Positions 29,169 to 40,910 are shown, numbered from the stretch's first letter. The stretch is 64,000 nt of DNA from Deinococcus sp. (GCA_965261005.1 OZ253375.1:1600001-1664000), one strand, 5' to 3'. Numbers and translations are program-made. Notes: generated by a model not told the origin, from the sequence alone.

Positions 29169-29960
29169 TTATCTGGAACCCCGCGCCCTCAACCCTTGCC
29201 GCAGCTGCTCGGCGAGACGGAACCACTCTCGCTCCTGGCTGCGGTACAACCCGTTCGCGCGGCGGTAGGTCTTTTCGATTTGCGCGAGAAAGCCGGCAGC
29301 CTCTTCCGGGCGACCACGCGCCAGCAAAAATTCGGCGTAGCGGGCGCGCGGCTCCTCGCCCGTGGCCGCGCGCATCGCCTCTTGGTACAGGCGCTCGGCG
29401 CGCTCCGGCTCGTTCAGGGCCTCGTAGGTGCGCGCCAGCAGCGTTCTCGCGCGGGCTTGCAGGGCCTGCGAGCGCATGGCCTCGATGCGCTCCAATAGGT
29501 CGCGCGCCTCCGGGTACTTCTCACGGCGAAAGGCGAGGTCGGCCAATTGGTAGAGGAGGCCGGGGTCGTCGGCGTAGATGCCAGTTCTGGCCGGGGCCAG
29601 CACGGCCTCGGCCTCCTCCAAGCGTCCGGCGCGCGACAGTTCGGCCGCCAGCGCCACGCGGTTTTGCAGGGTGTCGAGTTCTTCAAGCTGCTCACGCCGG
29701 GCCTGCACGCGCGACTCCGTGGAGCGCAAGCCCTCCAAGGCCGGCTCCAAGTTCAGCCGCATGCGGGGACCGCGCAGCCCGGGCAGCATCTCCATGAAGA
29801 AGTACAGCACCACGCCCAGCGCCGGAATAAAGAAGATCACGAAGAGCCAGAAAATCGGTTTGCGGTTCAGCAGCGCGTGAACGATGAACAGGATCTGAAG
29901 CGCGCCGAGAATCAAGCTGGCGTAGGGAAACTGGTACACCCAGCCGAGCAGCGACGACAT
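29169..29960 (-). CDS. Membrane-anchored tetratricopeptide-repeat protein
   Basis: IVHAL...WLFVIFFIP TM pair followed by TPR-like helices. Confidence 0.85.
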   Translation of the reverse strand: MSSLLGWVYQFPYASLILGALQILFIVHALLNRKPIFWLFVIFFIPALGVVLYFFMEMLPGLRGPRMRLNLEPALEGLRSTESRVQARREQLEELDTLQNRVALAAELSRAGRLEEAEAVLAPARTGIYADDPGLLYQLADLAFRREKYPEARDLLERIEAMRSQALQARARTLLARTYEALNEPERAERLYQEAMRAATGEEPRARYAEFLLARGRPEEAAGFLAQIEKTYRRANGLYRSQEREWFRLAEQLRQGLRARGSR

Positions 29961-30023
29961 GAGAAGCAGTCTAGAGCATGTTTCTGAGCGTTTTCCGGCC
30001 GCGCGTTGCTAGACTTGGGCGCG

Positions 30024-31142
30024 ATGAGCGAGCCGGACATTCCGGGCCTGTTGCCGCTGGAGCGCGAGATCGGGCGCGCTTGGAGGGCGTCCTCGGACGC
30101 CCTGACGCGCTGGGGCCTGCGCCTGCTGACCGTGCTGCTGCTGGCGGCCCTGTTCGCGCTGCTGTACCGACTGCTGATGGCCGGGGCGCGCGGGGCGGCC
30201 CGGCGCTTTGTGGGTCTGGAGCCGTGGCTGCCGCTGGCGGGCATCAGCGCCTGGCTCAGCTGCCTGAGTTTGTTTCTGGTCAGCGCGGTCAGCTTGTTTC
30301 CGGTGAGCGCCAAGTGGGCGGCGCCCCTCGCGCGGGTGTACCTGGTGCTGCTGCTGCTGTTTCTGGGCTGGGCGCTGCTGCGCCGCTTGCTCGCGCGCCT
30401 GTTCACGCGCTTCGGACTCGACGCCAGCTTGGAGCTGCTGGCGCTGAACGTCTCGCTGGGCGTGTGGATCGCGGTGGGGCTGTACCTGGTCTTTCAGCAG
30501 TTCGGCATCAACTTGCTGCCCATTCTGGGCGGCCTCGGCATCGCCGGCGTGGCAGTCGGCTTCGCGGCGCAGGATCTTCTTTCCAACTTGCTGGCCGGCG
30601 TTACCCTGCTGCTCGACCGGCCCTTCACGCTGGGGGACTGGATCCGGGTGAACGATTGGGAAGGGCAGGTGCAGCGCCTGACCCTGCGCACCACCCGGCT
30701 GCGCACCCGCGACAACGAGCTGATCTCGATTCCCAACAACAAGGTGGCCGGCAACGACGTGGTCAATCTGACGGCCGGCGGGGCGTTGCGCGTCCGCTCC
30801 AGCCTCGGCGTCAGCTACAAGGCCGACCTCGACACGGCCCGCGAAGCCTTGGCGCGGGTGCTGAACGAGGAACCCAAGGTGCTAGGGGACCCGCCACCGC
30901 GCGTGGCCGTGATGGAACTGGGCGACTCCAGCGTGAGCCTCGACTTGATCTACTGGATCGCGCCCGAAAGCATCGCGCGTCGCCCGGCCATTCAGCAGCG
31001 GGTGATGGAGGCCAGCAAGCGCGCCCTGGACGCCGCCGGCGTCGAGATTCCCTTTCCACAGCGGGTGCTGCACCTCGAAATGGACGAGCGCGCGCGCGCC
31101 CTGCTGGCCCACTTGGGGCGGCCGGGCCAGGAAAAAAGCTGA
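30024..31142 (+). CDS. MscS-family mechanosensitive channel
   Basis: GVAVGFAAQDLLSNLLAG, DRPFTLGDWI, IPN, GVEIPFPQR. Confidence 0.92.
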   Translation: MSEPDIPGLLPLEREIGRAWRASSDALTRWGLRLLTVLLLAALFALLYRLLMAGARGAARRFVGLEPWLPLAGISAWLSCLSLFLVSAVSLFPVSAKWAAPLARVYLVLLLLFLGWALLRRLLARLFTRFGLDASLELLALNVSLGVWIAVGLYLVFQQFGINLLPILGGLGIAGVAVGFAAQDLLSNLLAGVTLLLDRPFTLGDWIRVNDWEGQVQRLTLRTTRLRTRDNELISIPNNKVAGNDVVNLTAGGALRVRSSLGVSYKADLDTAREALARVLNEEPKVLGDPPPRVAVMELGDSSVSLDLIYWIAPESIARRPAIQQRVMEASKRALDAAGVEIPFPQRVLHLEMDERARALLAHLGRPGQEKS

Positions 31143-31222
31143 GCCACGTCTGCTGAGTCACGTCTACGGCGCCCGTGCGCAAATTCGCTTGGCACGCGTT
31201 TCAAAGCCTGTAGGATGGTGAC

Positions 31223-32200
31223 GTGAGAACATTGCTCTTATTGGCAGCCCTGAGCGCCGGGGTCGCCTCGGCCGCCCCCACGCCGTCCAACTCCACGTCG
31301 TCTACCCTCACGTCGTCCGGCCCCACGCTCTACACCGTGAACCAAGTGCAGTACGTGAATCCCTACGATTTCGCCGCCACCTACGGCGGCAAGGTCAGCG
31401 GCAAAAGCGTGGGACCCGCCTGGGTATTGAGCGTGGGCGACAGAAATCTGCGCCTGATCAACAACTCGGACGTGGCTTACCTGAACGGCCAGCGCGTCCA
31501 GCTGAGCAAGGTGGTCGCCTACGCGCGGGGCCGGCTGCTGGCGCCCTACGGCGACTTGGCGCGCCTGCTGAACGTGGGCGCGCGCCCGGCCCAGGCCGCC
31601 GTGCCCACGCCGTCCAGACAAGCGCCCAAAACGGCGGCGAGCATTCCGCCGAAACCCCTCAACAAGCCGGCCACCGCCCTTCAACCTGCCCCGTCTCAGC
31701 CCGCCCCGTCTCAGCCCGCCCCGGCAGCCGTCGCGCAGCCGGCGGCGACCCCGGCGGTCCAAGCGGCCAAAGTTCAGCCGGCCAAGGTTCAGCCCGCCAA
31801 TGTTCAGCCGGCCAATGTTCAGCCGGCCAATGTTCAGCCGGCCCAGCCCAGCACGGCCCGCGCGGCCAAAACGGCGCGCGCGCCCCTGGACCCTTACGTG
31901 ATCGAGAGCGACATTCCCTCGCGCACCGAGGACCTCGTGAGGGCCAACTATCAGGCGGCGCTTGGCGGTCGCGTGGACGTGAACGGCGTCGTGCAGGCTT
32001 GCCTAAACGGGGCCGGGGAACAGCTCAACGTCAAGGCCCCGACCTTGGCCGCGCGGCCCTTCGTGTTCGTGCATCCCGACAACGTTTACAGCGTGCGCAG
32101 CAGCGTGCAGGGCGAAAACGCGCGCGGCAGCTTCACCTGCCTGGCGCAGGTCCAGGGCGACAAGCTGGTCGCCTTTGTCGAAGTAAGAGCGTCGAAGTAA
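31223..32200 (+). CDS. Exported protein with stalk/copper-amine-oxidase-N-like domain and Pro/Gln/Ala linker
   Basis: Signal peptide (ASA|A), AYLNGQRVQL...GRLLAP segment, repeat-rich linker. Confidence 0.7.
   Translation: MRTLLLLAALSAGVASAAPTPSNSTSSTLTSSGPTLYTVNQVQYVNPYDFAATYGGKVSGKSVGPAWVLSVGDRNLRLINNSDVAYLNGQRVQLSKVVAYARGRLLAPYGDLARLLNVGARPAQAAVPTPSRQAPKTAASIPPKPLNKPATALQPAPSQPAPSQPAPAAVAQPAATPAVQAAKVQPAKVQPANVQPANVQPANVQPAQPSTARAAKTARAPLDPYVIESDIPSRTEDLVRANYQAALGGRVDVNGVVQACLNGAGEQLNVKAPTLAARPFVFVHPDNVYSVRSSVQGENARGSFTCLAQVQGDKLVAFVEVRASK
31757..31846 (+). repeat. In-frame 15-bp tandem repeat (VQPAx) x6
   Basis: GTTCAGCCGGCCAAT consensus; a second 15-bp repeat (QPAPS-like x3) at 31682-31726. 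Confidence 0.9.
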
Positions 32201-32218
32201 GAGCGTCGAGGTGAGAGC
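32177..32218 (+). repeat. 14-bp tandem repeat spanning the stop codon
   Basis: GTCGAAGTAAGAGC x2 plus GTCGAGGTGAGAGC. Confidence 0.85.
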
Positions 32219-32233
32219 CGGGCGCTGATCACG

Positions 32234-32253
32234 GGGGGCCGAACACGGCCCCC
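32234..32253. terminator. GC hairpin after exported protein gene
   Basis: GGGGGCCG-AACA-CGGCCCCC. Confidence 0.5.
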
Positions 32254-32300
32254 AAAATCTTGTGAGGGTTTTGAAAGAAAGTGAAGCGTAGCGTGGGGTC

Positions 32301-34580
32301 ATGAAGACCCGTCCCCGCGCTTCCCGTCCCGGCACGTTCTATTCGCGGGCCGCCCGTCAAGAGGGGATCGCGCTGATCACGGCGCTGGTGACGCTGGTGA
32401 TTACCTTCGCGTTGGTGCTCCTCATCAGCAATCTTGTTCTGCGCGACAACCTGCTCACCGTCAACGACACCTCCGCCACCCGCCTCGCCCAGATCGCCGA
32501 CGGCAACAGCGAGCGCGCCCGCCTGCTGATGGTCGAGAACTACAAGCGCAGCCGCCTGAACCTCACCACTTGGCTCGACTTCGTCAGCTCCTGCCGGGGC
32601 AGCGCCAACTGCCCCAACACGCCCGCCCAGCCCGAAACGCGCGCCCTGGCCGGCAAGCACGCCGACAGCCTGAGCGGCGCCACGGTGGCGTGGCAGATCG
32701 TGGACGTGAGCGCCCCGAACAGCGGCGACGCCTGGATCAAGATCGCCTCGACCGCCAGCGACGCGCGCGGCAGCCAAACGGTGCTGCGCAAAGTCACCTT
32801 CGGCGAAAACAACATCTTCGACTTCGCCGTCCTCACCGACAAGACCAACTGCCTGTTTTGCCATCTGACCGTCAACGGTGACGTGGGCAGCACCGGCTTC
32901 TTTCGGCCCGGCCGTGGTAACGAGGGAATCGACGGCAAAAACACTGGCGACGGCTCGCAGATCAACGGCGACGTGGTGGTGGCGCAGAGCACCGACCCCA
33001 CCCAAACATCGAACATCACCCAGGACGTTCGCAGCGACCACGAGATCAACGGCGCGACCGTTTCTGGAAGTATTCTCGATAACTACACCGGGAACCGCCT
33101 TCCCAGGGACACCGACGGCGACGGCATTCCCGACTTCCCCGGTCTGGACCGCGACCTCGCGCGGCGCAGCGCCAACGGCACCATCGTCGGCGGCGAGATG
33201 TACGGCGTGCCCATCGGTGGCAAGATCAGCAAGATCGTGCCGGGCACCATGGTCGGGTCGAACAAGCTCGGCAGCGTCAACAAGACCTACGACGGCAACC
33301 TGGTGCTGATCGGCACGAACGACAACCCCATCCGGCTCGACCGCGACATCTTCGTGACGGGGGACGTGGTGCTGAAAGGGGTGATCACCGGACGCGGGGC
33401 CATCTATGCCGGGCGCAACATGTACCTCGCCGGCAACCTGACCAACAAGCTCAAGGGCGACAAGCCTGGCAAGGGGCTGTGCGCCGGCATGACCGACCCC
33501 AACGCCTGCGCCAAGGCCAACATCTCCGCGAACCGTGACGAAACCCGCCTCGCCGCCATCAACAACATCGTCATGGGCAGCTACACCGAGCAGGACGACA
33601 AGAACAACGTAGAGTCGTACAAAGAGCGTCAAGCCGCCGACTTCTTTCGCTCACAGTTCGGCCTTCGCTCCTGCACGCAGAAGTTCGTGCATAAGGGCAA
33701 CAGCGAGGAAGTGCGCAAGGTGAAGGGCCGCTTCGTGGACTCCGTGGGCCGCGTGGTGCCGGACGCCGAGGTGCAGACCTACGGCGACTGCGGCAACGAC
33801 CCATACAAACCCATCATGGCGCCCGGCACGACCGACGCGGGCGGCAACTTCGTGCCGTGGCTCAGCGACGATCAGTACGACACCATCAACGGCACCGAGG
33901 ACCTCGACCACAACACCTGGCGCACCAACGTTTACCCGGAGAATCTGCCCGGCAAAACCAGCCAGGAGAAGATCAACGCCCTCACCCAGCAGCTGATAAA
34001 CGCCGGCTTGCCCGGTCCAGCGACAGCTGGCAGCGGCGCCACCAACTGGGCCTACCAAATCGCGTCCAACTTGATCAAAGCGAAAGCGCAAACCGCCGCC
34101 TACAGCGGCGCTGACCAAGACGGCAACTTCGTGTCGGGTTCCTTTAAAACCGACGGGATCAACAGCGTGCGCGTGGCCGTGAACCAGACGAGGGCCTACA
34201 AAACCGAGTCGGTACAGGTAGACGCCTTTTTGTACGCCAACAGCCGGGTGGCGGGCAAGTTTTCGGGGCGCGGCGGGCACATCAACGGCGGCATGATCGG
34301 CCGCGAGATCGGCCTTTTGGCGCCGGGCAAGACCTTTGAAAACGACTTTTATACCTATCCTCTTGCGCGCAGCGACCGCGACGCCTACCACTACTGCCAT
34401 CCCGGCACCAACGACATCACCGAGGACAGCAGCAAGAGCGGCGGCCAGTGCGGCTACGCCATCAACTACGACTACCGGTTGCGCAACGGCGGCTACGGCT
34501 ACAACTTAATCAAGGGCGTCCTCGGCGGCACCCAGGAGTGGCAGCTCGACCAAGACGGCAGCCGGGCGGTGAAGCCGTGA
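32301..34580 (+). CDS. Large PilX/GspK/ComZ-like type IV minor pilin or tip protein with CxxCH motif
   Basis: Class III signal QEG|IALITALV lacking Glu5; CLFCH at residues 184-188; DTDGDG loop; Gly/Asn-rich beta repeats. Confidence 0.8.
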   Translation: MKTRPRASRPGTFYSRAARQEGIALITALVTLVITFALVLLISNLVLRDNLLTVNDTSATRLAQIADGNSERARLLMVENYKRSRLNLTTWLDFVSSCRGSANCPNTPAQPETRALAGKHADSLSGATVAWQIVDVSAPNSGDAWIKIASTASDARGSQTVLRKVTFGENNIFDFAVLTDKTNCLFCHLTVNGDVGSTGFFRPGRGNEGIDGKNTGDGSQINGDVVVAQSTDPTQTSNITQDVRSDHEINGATVSGSILDNYTGNRLPRDTDGDGIPDFPGLDRDLARRSANGTIVGGEMYGVPIGGKISKIVPGTMVGSNKLGSVNKTYDGNLVLIGTNDNPIRLDRDIFVTGDVVLKGVITGRGAIYAGRNMYLAGNLTNKLKGDKPGKGLCAGMTDPNACAKANISANRDETRLAAINNIVMGSYTEQDDKNNVESYKERQAADFFRSQFGLRSCTQKFVHKGNSEEVRKVKGRFVDSVGRVVPDAEVQTYGDCGNDPYKPIMAPGTTDAGGNFVPWLSDDQYDTINGTEDLDHNTWRTNVYPENLPGKTSQEKINALTQQLINAGLPGPATAGSGATNWAYQIASNLIKAKAQTAAYSGADQDGNFVSGSFKTDGINSVRVAVNQTRAYKTESVQVDAFLYANSRVAGKFSGRGGHINGGMIGREIGLLAPGKTFENDFYTYPLARSDRDAYHYCHPGTNDITEDSSKSGGQCGYAINYDYRLRNGGYGYNLIKGVLGGTQEWQLDQDGSRAVKP

Positions 34581-35089
34581 AGACGGCCGTCACGGGCAGA
34601 CACGGCGAGTTGCGCGAGCTGGGCGAAGTGGTCCGGCCCAGCTTCAAGGGAAGTCTGGGCGCCCCCACCTCCGCAACACCCGCCGACAACGCGGCGTCCG
34701 AACGGGTCTTTTCGGTCAAACCCGTTTGGCTGGCGGCGCTGATTCCCGTCGTGATTGTGGTCGCCGTGCTGATCGCGCGCGGCGCGCGCCCGGCCGCCGT
34801 CACGCCGACCCAGCCGCCCGCCGCGACGGTTCAGGCGCCCGCGCCGGCAGTCAGGCAGGCGCTACCCCCCTTGAGCGCCACGCCGCCAAGCGAGATCACG
34901 CTGGAGCAGGTCACGCGCGCGGAGCCTGGCCCGACGCCGACGCTGCACTTCCGCGACGGCTCGGTGCTGGCGGTGGACAATTACGTGATGGGGCAGCTGC
35001 CCGAAAACATCCGCCTGCAATTCACCTACACCCGCCCCGACGAGGGACCGCAGGACGTTTCGGGAACCGGCGGAAGCTATGGCCGCTAA
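34577..35089 (+). CDS. Hypothetical single-pass membrane protein in the pilin operon
   Basis: GTGA overlap upstream and overlap with the next pilin; TM VWLAALIPVVIVVAVLI; Pro/Ala linker. Confidence 0.7.
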   Translation: MKTAVTGRHGELRELGEVVRPSFKGSLGAPTSATPADNAASERVFSVKPVWLAALIPVVIVVAVLIARGARPAAVTPTQPPAATVQAPAPAVRQALPPLSATPPSEITLEQVTRAEPGPTPTLHFRDGSVLAVDNYVMGQLPENIRLQFTYTRPDEGPQDVSGTGGSYGR

Positions 35090-35582
35090 ACGGGCAACCG
35101 GCAGGCGGGGCGGCTTCACGCTGCTGGAACTGCTGGTGGTCATGGCGATCATCGGCATTCTGAGCGCCATCGCCACGCCCAGCTTTCTGCGCTACCGCCA
35201 AAGCATTAATTTGCGCGACGCCAGCTACGCCGTGGCGCAAAGCTTTCAGCAGACCGCCAGCTCGGCCATCAAGAACAACATCGCCTACACCTTTCAGGCG
35301 AACGTCGGCACCACGGCGAGCGCGAACCTGCAATACATGGTCCAGAACAGCAGCCCCGCCGCCGACCTTCACAACGTCAAGCTCGACAACGGCGCCTATG
35401 TGAGCGGGATCGAGTGGCGCATTGGCAGCACCTGGTACCCCTTGCCCTCCTACTACAACACTATGAACTTTTCGGCGCGCGGCCGTCCCGACACGGCGAC
35501 GCCCGTGCGCCTGACCGTGCAGCTCGGCAACATGACGCGCAAGGTGAGGCTGCTGCCCACCGGAAAGACGGTGATCGAATGA
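35079..35582 (+). CDS. Type IV minor pilin (FimT/GspH-like)
   Basis: G|FTLLELLVVMAIIGILSAIATPSF; FSARG; C-terminal PTG. Confidence 0.9.
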   Translation: MAAKRATGRRGGFTLLELLVVMAIIGILSAIATPSFLRYRQSINLRDASYAVAQSFQQTASSAIKNNIAYTFQANVGTTASANLQYMVQNSSPAADLHNVKLDNGAYVSGIEWRIGSTWYPLPSYYNTMNFSARGRPDTATPVRLTVQLGNMTRKVRLLPTGKTVIE

Positions 35583-36016
35583 GAGGGCAAGTGGGAGCGG
35601 AGGCGGGCTTCAGCTTGATCGAGACGCTGGTCGCCATCGCGATTTTGGGCCTCGCGGTGGTCGCGATTTCGTTTGTGCCGTCGCTCACGCTGGGCCGCAG
35701 CAACGAGAGCCGCACCTATGCCGTCAACGTGGCGCGTCAGGTGATGGACACCTACCGCTCGCAGTGGCAAAAGCGAAGCGACTTCGTGGCCGGCAGCGCG
35801 CCCAGCTTGCCCACCGGGCTGCGCTTCGGCTGCACGGTGCCGCCGCCCAGCGTCACCCCGCTCGCCTTTGACTCGAATTTTCAGTTGGTCGCGACGGGCG
35901 GCGAGCCGCAGGTGCGGCGGGTGCAGGTCAGCGTGACCTGCCAGCGGCTCAGCCCCGTCAGCTTCACCTCCGAAATCGGCGATCCCTTGCCGTCCAGCGA
36001 CGTCGGGGGCAGCTGA
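35579..36016 (+). CDS. Type IV minor pilin (PilV/GspI-like)
   Basis: AG|FSLIETLVAIAILG; ATGA overlap. Confidence 0.88.
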   Translation: MRGQVGAEAGFSLIETLVAIAILGLAVVAISFVPSLTLGRSNESRTYAVNVARQVMDTYRSQWQKRSDFVAGSAPSLPTGLRFGCTVPPPSVTPLAFDSNFQLVATGGEPQVRRVQVSVTCQRLSPVSFTSEIGDPLPSSDVGGS

Positions 36017-36822
36017 TGCGGCGCCACATCCGCCGGGCCGCCGGCTTCACCTTGGTCGAACTGCTGATTACCATGCTGATTTTGAGCGTCATCCTGATCA
36101 TCTCGCTGGCGCTGCTGAACTCCAGCCAGCAGGCCGCCAACTTGCAGCAGGCCAAAACCGGCGCGCTGAACGACGCCCGCGCCGCCTTGTCGCGCGTGAC
36201 CGAGAGCCTGAGCGCGGCCAGCTACATCTACCCGGCCGGCGTGACCATCACGGTGGCGAGCGACATCGCCGGCCAAGGCGGCAACCAGGTCGTGACCGGA
36301 CCGGGCGCGGTCGCCATGCTGGTGTGGGACGGCGTCAACACCGCGCCGCCGCGCTACAAGGGCGTGGTGTACTACCTGACAGACCGCGCCAACTTCGCCG
36401 CCGATCTGGGCAGCGCGCCCGCCGGCAGCTTGGGCAGCTCGGCGCTGGTCGAGCTGACTACCCAAAGCACGTCCTCGACGGGCACGGGCGCCATCCCCTG
36501 GCCGGTGAACGGCTTGCCCATCCGCGCTTGGCCGGCCGTGACCGAGGGCGCCATCGCCGACGGCGTGGACGCGGGAAGATCGACCTTGATGGGCGCCTTG
36601 CCGGGAGACGCCAATTTGGCCGCCACGACCGGCCTCGACGACACCCAGTTCGCTGGCGGCACGCGCGGCCAAGCGAGCAGCCTGAGCGACCCCAAGGCTT
36701 TGGTCGCCAGCCTGACCCTCAACCTGACCGTCAACGTGGCGCCGCAGGGACGCAGCGTGTCGGCGAGCGGCGGGACGCCGCTGCAAAACGTGGTCACCGC
36801 GCGCAACGTGCCCCGGCAGTGA
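36016..36822 (+). CDS. Type IV minor pilin (PilW/GspJ-like)
   Basis: AG|FTLVELLITMLIL; C-terminal VTARN. Confidence 0.88.
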   Translation: MRRHIRRAAGFTLVELLITMLILSVILIISLALLNSSQQAANLQQAKTGALNDARAALSRVTESLSAASYIYPAGVTITVASDIAGQGGNQVVTGPGAVAMLVWDGVNTAPPRYKGVVYYLTDRANFAADLGSAPAGSLGSSALVELTTQSTSSTGTGAIPWPVNGLPIRAWPAVTEGAIADGVDAGRSTLMGALPGDANLAATTGLDDTQFAGGTRGQASSLSDPKALVASLTLNLTVNVAPQGRSVSASGGTPLQNVVTARNVPRQ

Positions 36823-36877
36823 TGAGTCCTGGCGGGAATGCCCTGAAGACCGGCGCCCGCGATCTATACTGGTTTGC

Positions 36878-36943
36878 GTGATGTGCACTGAGCAACCGCC
36901 ACGCCGCCCCCCAACGTTCTCGCCCACGAGGAGCGCGCCGTGA
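36878..36943 (+). CDS. Putative leaderless leader peptide (M)[20 protein letters not shown] upstream of hemC
   Basis: TATACT at 36865-36870, GTG-ATG 7 nt later; TGA overlaps hemC GTG. Confidence 0.5.
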   Translation: MMCTEQPPRRPPTFSPTRSAP

Positions 36944-37883
36944 CGGGCGCCGCAAAGACGCGCCCTATCGTGGTCGGCACCCGTGGCAGCGCCCTCGCGC
37001 TGGCGCAGACGCGCTGGGTGGTCGCGCGGCTCAAGGAGGAGTGGCCGGACACCGAGTTCCGCATCCAAACCGTGCAGACCCACGGCGACCGCGACCGTTC
37101 CTCGCTGGACCAATTGGCGAGACAGGACCAAGGCTTGTGGGTGCGCGACATCGAGGAGGCGCTGCTGGCGGGGAAGATTGACATCGCCGTGCATAGCCTC
37201 AAGGACTTGCCCACCCAGCAGCCGGACGGGCTGGAGGTGTCCTCGATTCCCCGGCGCGCCGACCCGCGCGACGTGCTGATCGGCAAGGAGGGCTTCAAGA
37301 GCCTGGGGAGCTTGCCGCAGGGGGCGCGGATCGGCACCTCCAGCGTGCGGCGGCGCGCCTTTTTGCGCGCTGAGCGCCCTGACCTCGACGTGCGCGATCT
37401 GCGCGGCAACGTGGACACCCGCCTGGCGGCAGTGGGTCAGGACGGCTACGACGCCGTGATCCTGGCGGCGGCGGGCCTGATTCGGCTTGAGCTGCGCCAC
37501 CGCATTGACGAGTTTCTGGACGTGAACGCCGTGCTGCCGGCCCCCGGTCAGGGGGCGCTGGCGCTGGAAACGCGCGCCGACGACGACCTGGCCGTCGAGG
37601 TGGCCTACGCCATTCACGACCGCGAGACCGACGACCGCGTCACCGCCGAGCGCGAGTTCCTGGCGGGTCTGGGGGCCGGCTGCCTGGCCCCGGTGGGCGC
37701 CCTCGCGACCGTCAAGGGCGAGCGGCTGACCTTGGAGGGCTGGGTGGGCGCCCTGGACGGCGCCACGGTCATTCGCGCCACCACCGAGGGCGACGGCGAC
37801 GAGTGCGCCGACCTCGGCGCCCAACTCGCCGAGGACATGCTGGCGCAGGGGGCCGGCGACCTGATCCGCGCGGCGGCGCTGTC

Positions 37884-37887
<4 letters not shown>
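36940..37887 (+). CDS. hemC: Hydroxymethylbilane synthase
   Basis: [54 protein letters not shown]. Confidence 0.97.
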
Positions 37888-39374
<1,487 letters not shown>

Positions 39375-39375
39375 G

Positions 39376-40827
39376 CTACGGCCCCTCGCGCCTCTGCCCG
39401 AAGGTCGCGCTCTCCGTAAACAGCCCCGCGGCCGCGTAGCGCACCGCCTCGGCGTAGGTCGGGTAGGCCATTTGGGCGAGGGCCAGTCGGGCGGGGTTGA
39501 ATTCGGCCAGGCGCGGCAGGGCCAACAGCTGAATCAGCTCACCGGCCCGGGGAGAGACCACGCAGGCGCCCAGCAGCTTGAGGCCGAGGGGCGAGCCGAA
39601 CAATCCCAGCTTGAAGACCAGCTTGAGAAAGCCCGCCTCGCCTTCGGTCACGGCGCGGTCGAGGTGGGCGAGGTCGAAGTCCACGACGGTGACGTTGGCG
39701 TGCCGCTCTCTCGCCTGCGCCTCGGTCAAGCCGAAGTGAGCAACTTCAGGGTCGGTGAAGGTGACCCAGGGCGTGACCTCAGCACGCGTCACCGGGGCGC
39801 GCACCCGGGCGGCGAGGCGGCCCAGCGGCCCGCGCGTGCCGAGGGCCGCGACCACGCCGCGCTCAATGGCGCCGTGGGTAAAAAAGGGCGTCCCGGTCAC
39901 GTCCCCAGCGCCCCACAGGTACGGGCAGGTGGAGCGCTGGGCGGCGTCCACCTTGAGGGCGCCGCCCGCCTCAATTTCGGCGCCGACGGCCGCCAGGTTG
40001 AGTTCGGCGGTGCGGGGCCGTTTGCCGGTGGCGAGCAGCAGGTGCGAGGCCATTACCTCGGCGCCCGAGGCGAGCATCAACTTGAGGCCGTCCGTTTCTG
40101 TCCGCACGCCCACCAATTTGCTGCTGAGGCGCAGCCGCACGCCGTCCTGTACCAGCGCGCCGTGAATGAAGTCGGACGCCTCGGGTTCCTCCCTCGCCAG
40201 CAACCTCGGCCCACCCTCGATCAGGGTGACTTGCGCGCCCAGGCGGGCGAAGGCTTGCGCCAGCTCGCAGCCGATGGGGCCGCCGCCCAGAATCGCCAGG
40301 TGGCGCGGCAGCTCGTGCAGGTCCCAGACGGTGTCGCTGGTCAGAAAGGGAGCGTCGTTCAGACCCGTGACGTTCGGGATCACCGGCTCGGAGCCGGTCG
40401 CGACCACGAAGCCGCCGGCCGTGAACCCGCGCGTTCCGTCCTCGCCGCGCACCTCCAAACGCCTCTCGCCGACGAAGCGCGCCGCGCCGCGCAGCACCGT
40501 CACGCCGCCCGCTTCCAGCGCCGCCGCGTCCGAGGCCGGCTCGATCTGCCGGATGACCTCTTGCAACCTGGCCCGCACGGCGGCCCAGTCGGCGTCTCCC
40601 TCCACCTTGAGGCCGTAGCGCGTCGCCTGGCGGGCGGCGTGCAGCGTCTTCGCCACCGCCAGGAGGGTCTTGGACGGCACGCAGCCGGTGTAGAGGCACT
40701 CGCCCCCGATTCGCGCTTCCTCGACGATGGCGACGCGCGCCCCGAGGCCGTGGGCGAAGTTGGCCGCCGTGATGCCGGCGGTGCCGGCCCCGATCACCAT
40801 CAGGTCGAAGTCGGCGGCTGGGGTCAT
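39376..40827 (-). CDS. Pyridine nucleotide-disulfide oxidoreductase (Lpd/MerA-like)
   Basis: [41 protein letters not shown]. Confidence 0.9.
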   Translation of the reverse strand: MTPAADFDLMVIGAGTAGITAANFAHGLGARVAIVEEARIGGECLYTGCVPSKTLLAVAKTLHAARQATRYGLKVEGDADWAAVRARLQEVIRQIEPASDAAALEAGGVTVLRGAARFVGERRLEVRGEDGTRGFTAGGFVVATGSEPVIPNVTGLNDAPFLTSDTVWDLHELPRHLAILGGGPIGCELAQAFARLGAQVTLIEGGPRLLAREEPEASDFIHGALVQDGVRLRLSSKLVGVRTETDGLKLMLASGAEVMASHLLLATGKRPRTAELNLAAVGAEIEAGGALKVDAAQRSTCPYLWGAGDVTGTPFFTHGAIERGVVAALGTRGPLGRLAARVRAPVTRAEVTPWVTFTDPEVAHFGLTEAQARERHANVTVVDFDLAHLDRAVTEGEAGFLKLVFKLGLFGSPLGLKLLGACVVSPRAGELIQLLALPRLAEFNPARLALAQMAYPTYAEAVRYAAAGLFTESATFGQRREGP

Positions 40828-40910
40828 GAACCACCCTACCCCCCAATACTGACGCGGAATAGGGGACGTTCTTCCTTACCGGCTTGAGAAAGGCTGGCTA
40901 TACTTTCGGG

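Noticed and set aside
29971..29985. CTAGAGCATG similar to the copy-A terminus
   Set aside because: Only about 9 nt; explained by the overlapping TAGACT -10 box of a divergent promoter
32177..32218. Possible CRISPR-like repeats
   Set aside because: Units are contiguous 14-mers with no spacers; no cas genes in the window
32261..32276. CRP/DdrI-like site TGTGA-N6-TGAAA before the pilin operon
   Set aside because: Second half-site matches only 3/5 and spacing to the predicted TSS is atypical
36817..36855. TGATGAGTCC resembling a hammerhead ribozyme core
   Set aside because: Preceded by G rather than C, with no GGAC-GAAA partner or stems I/III
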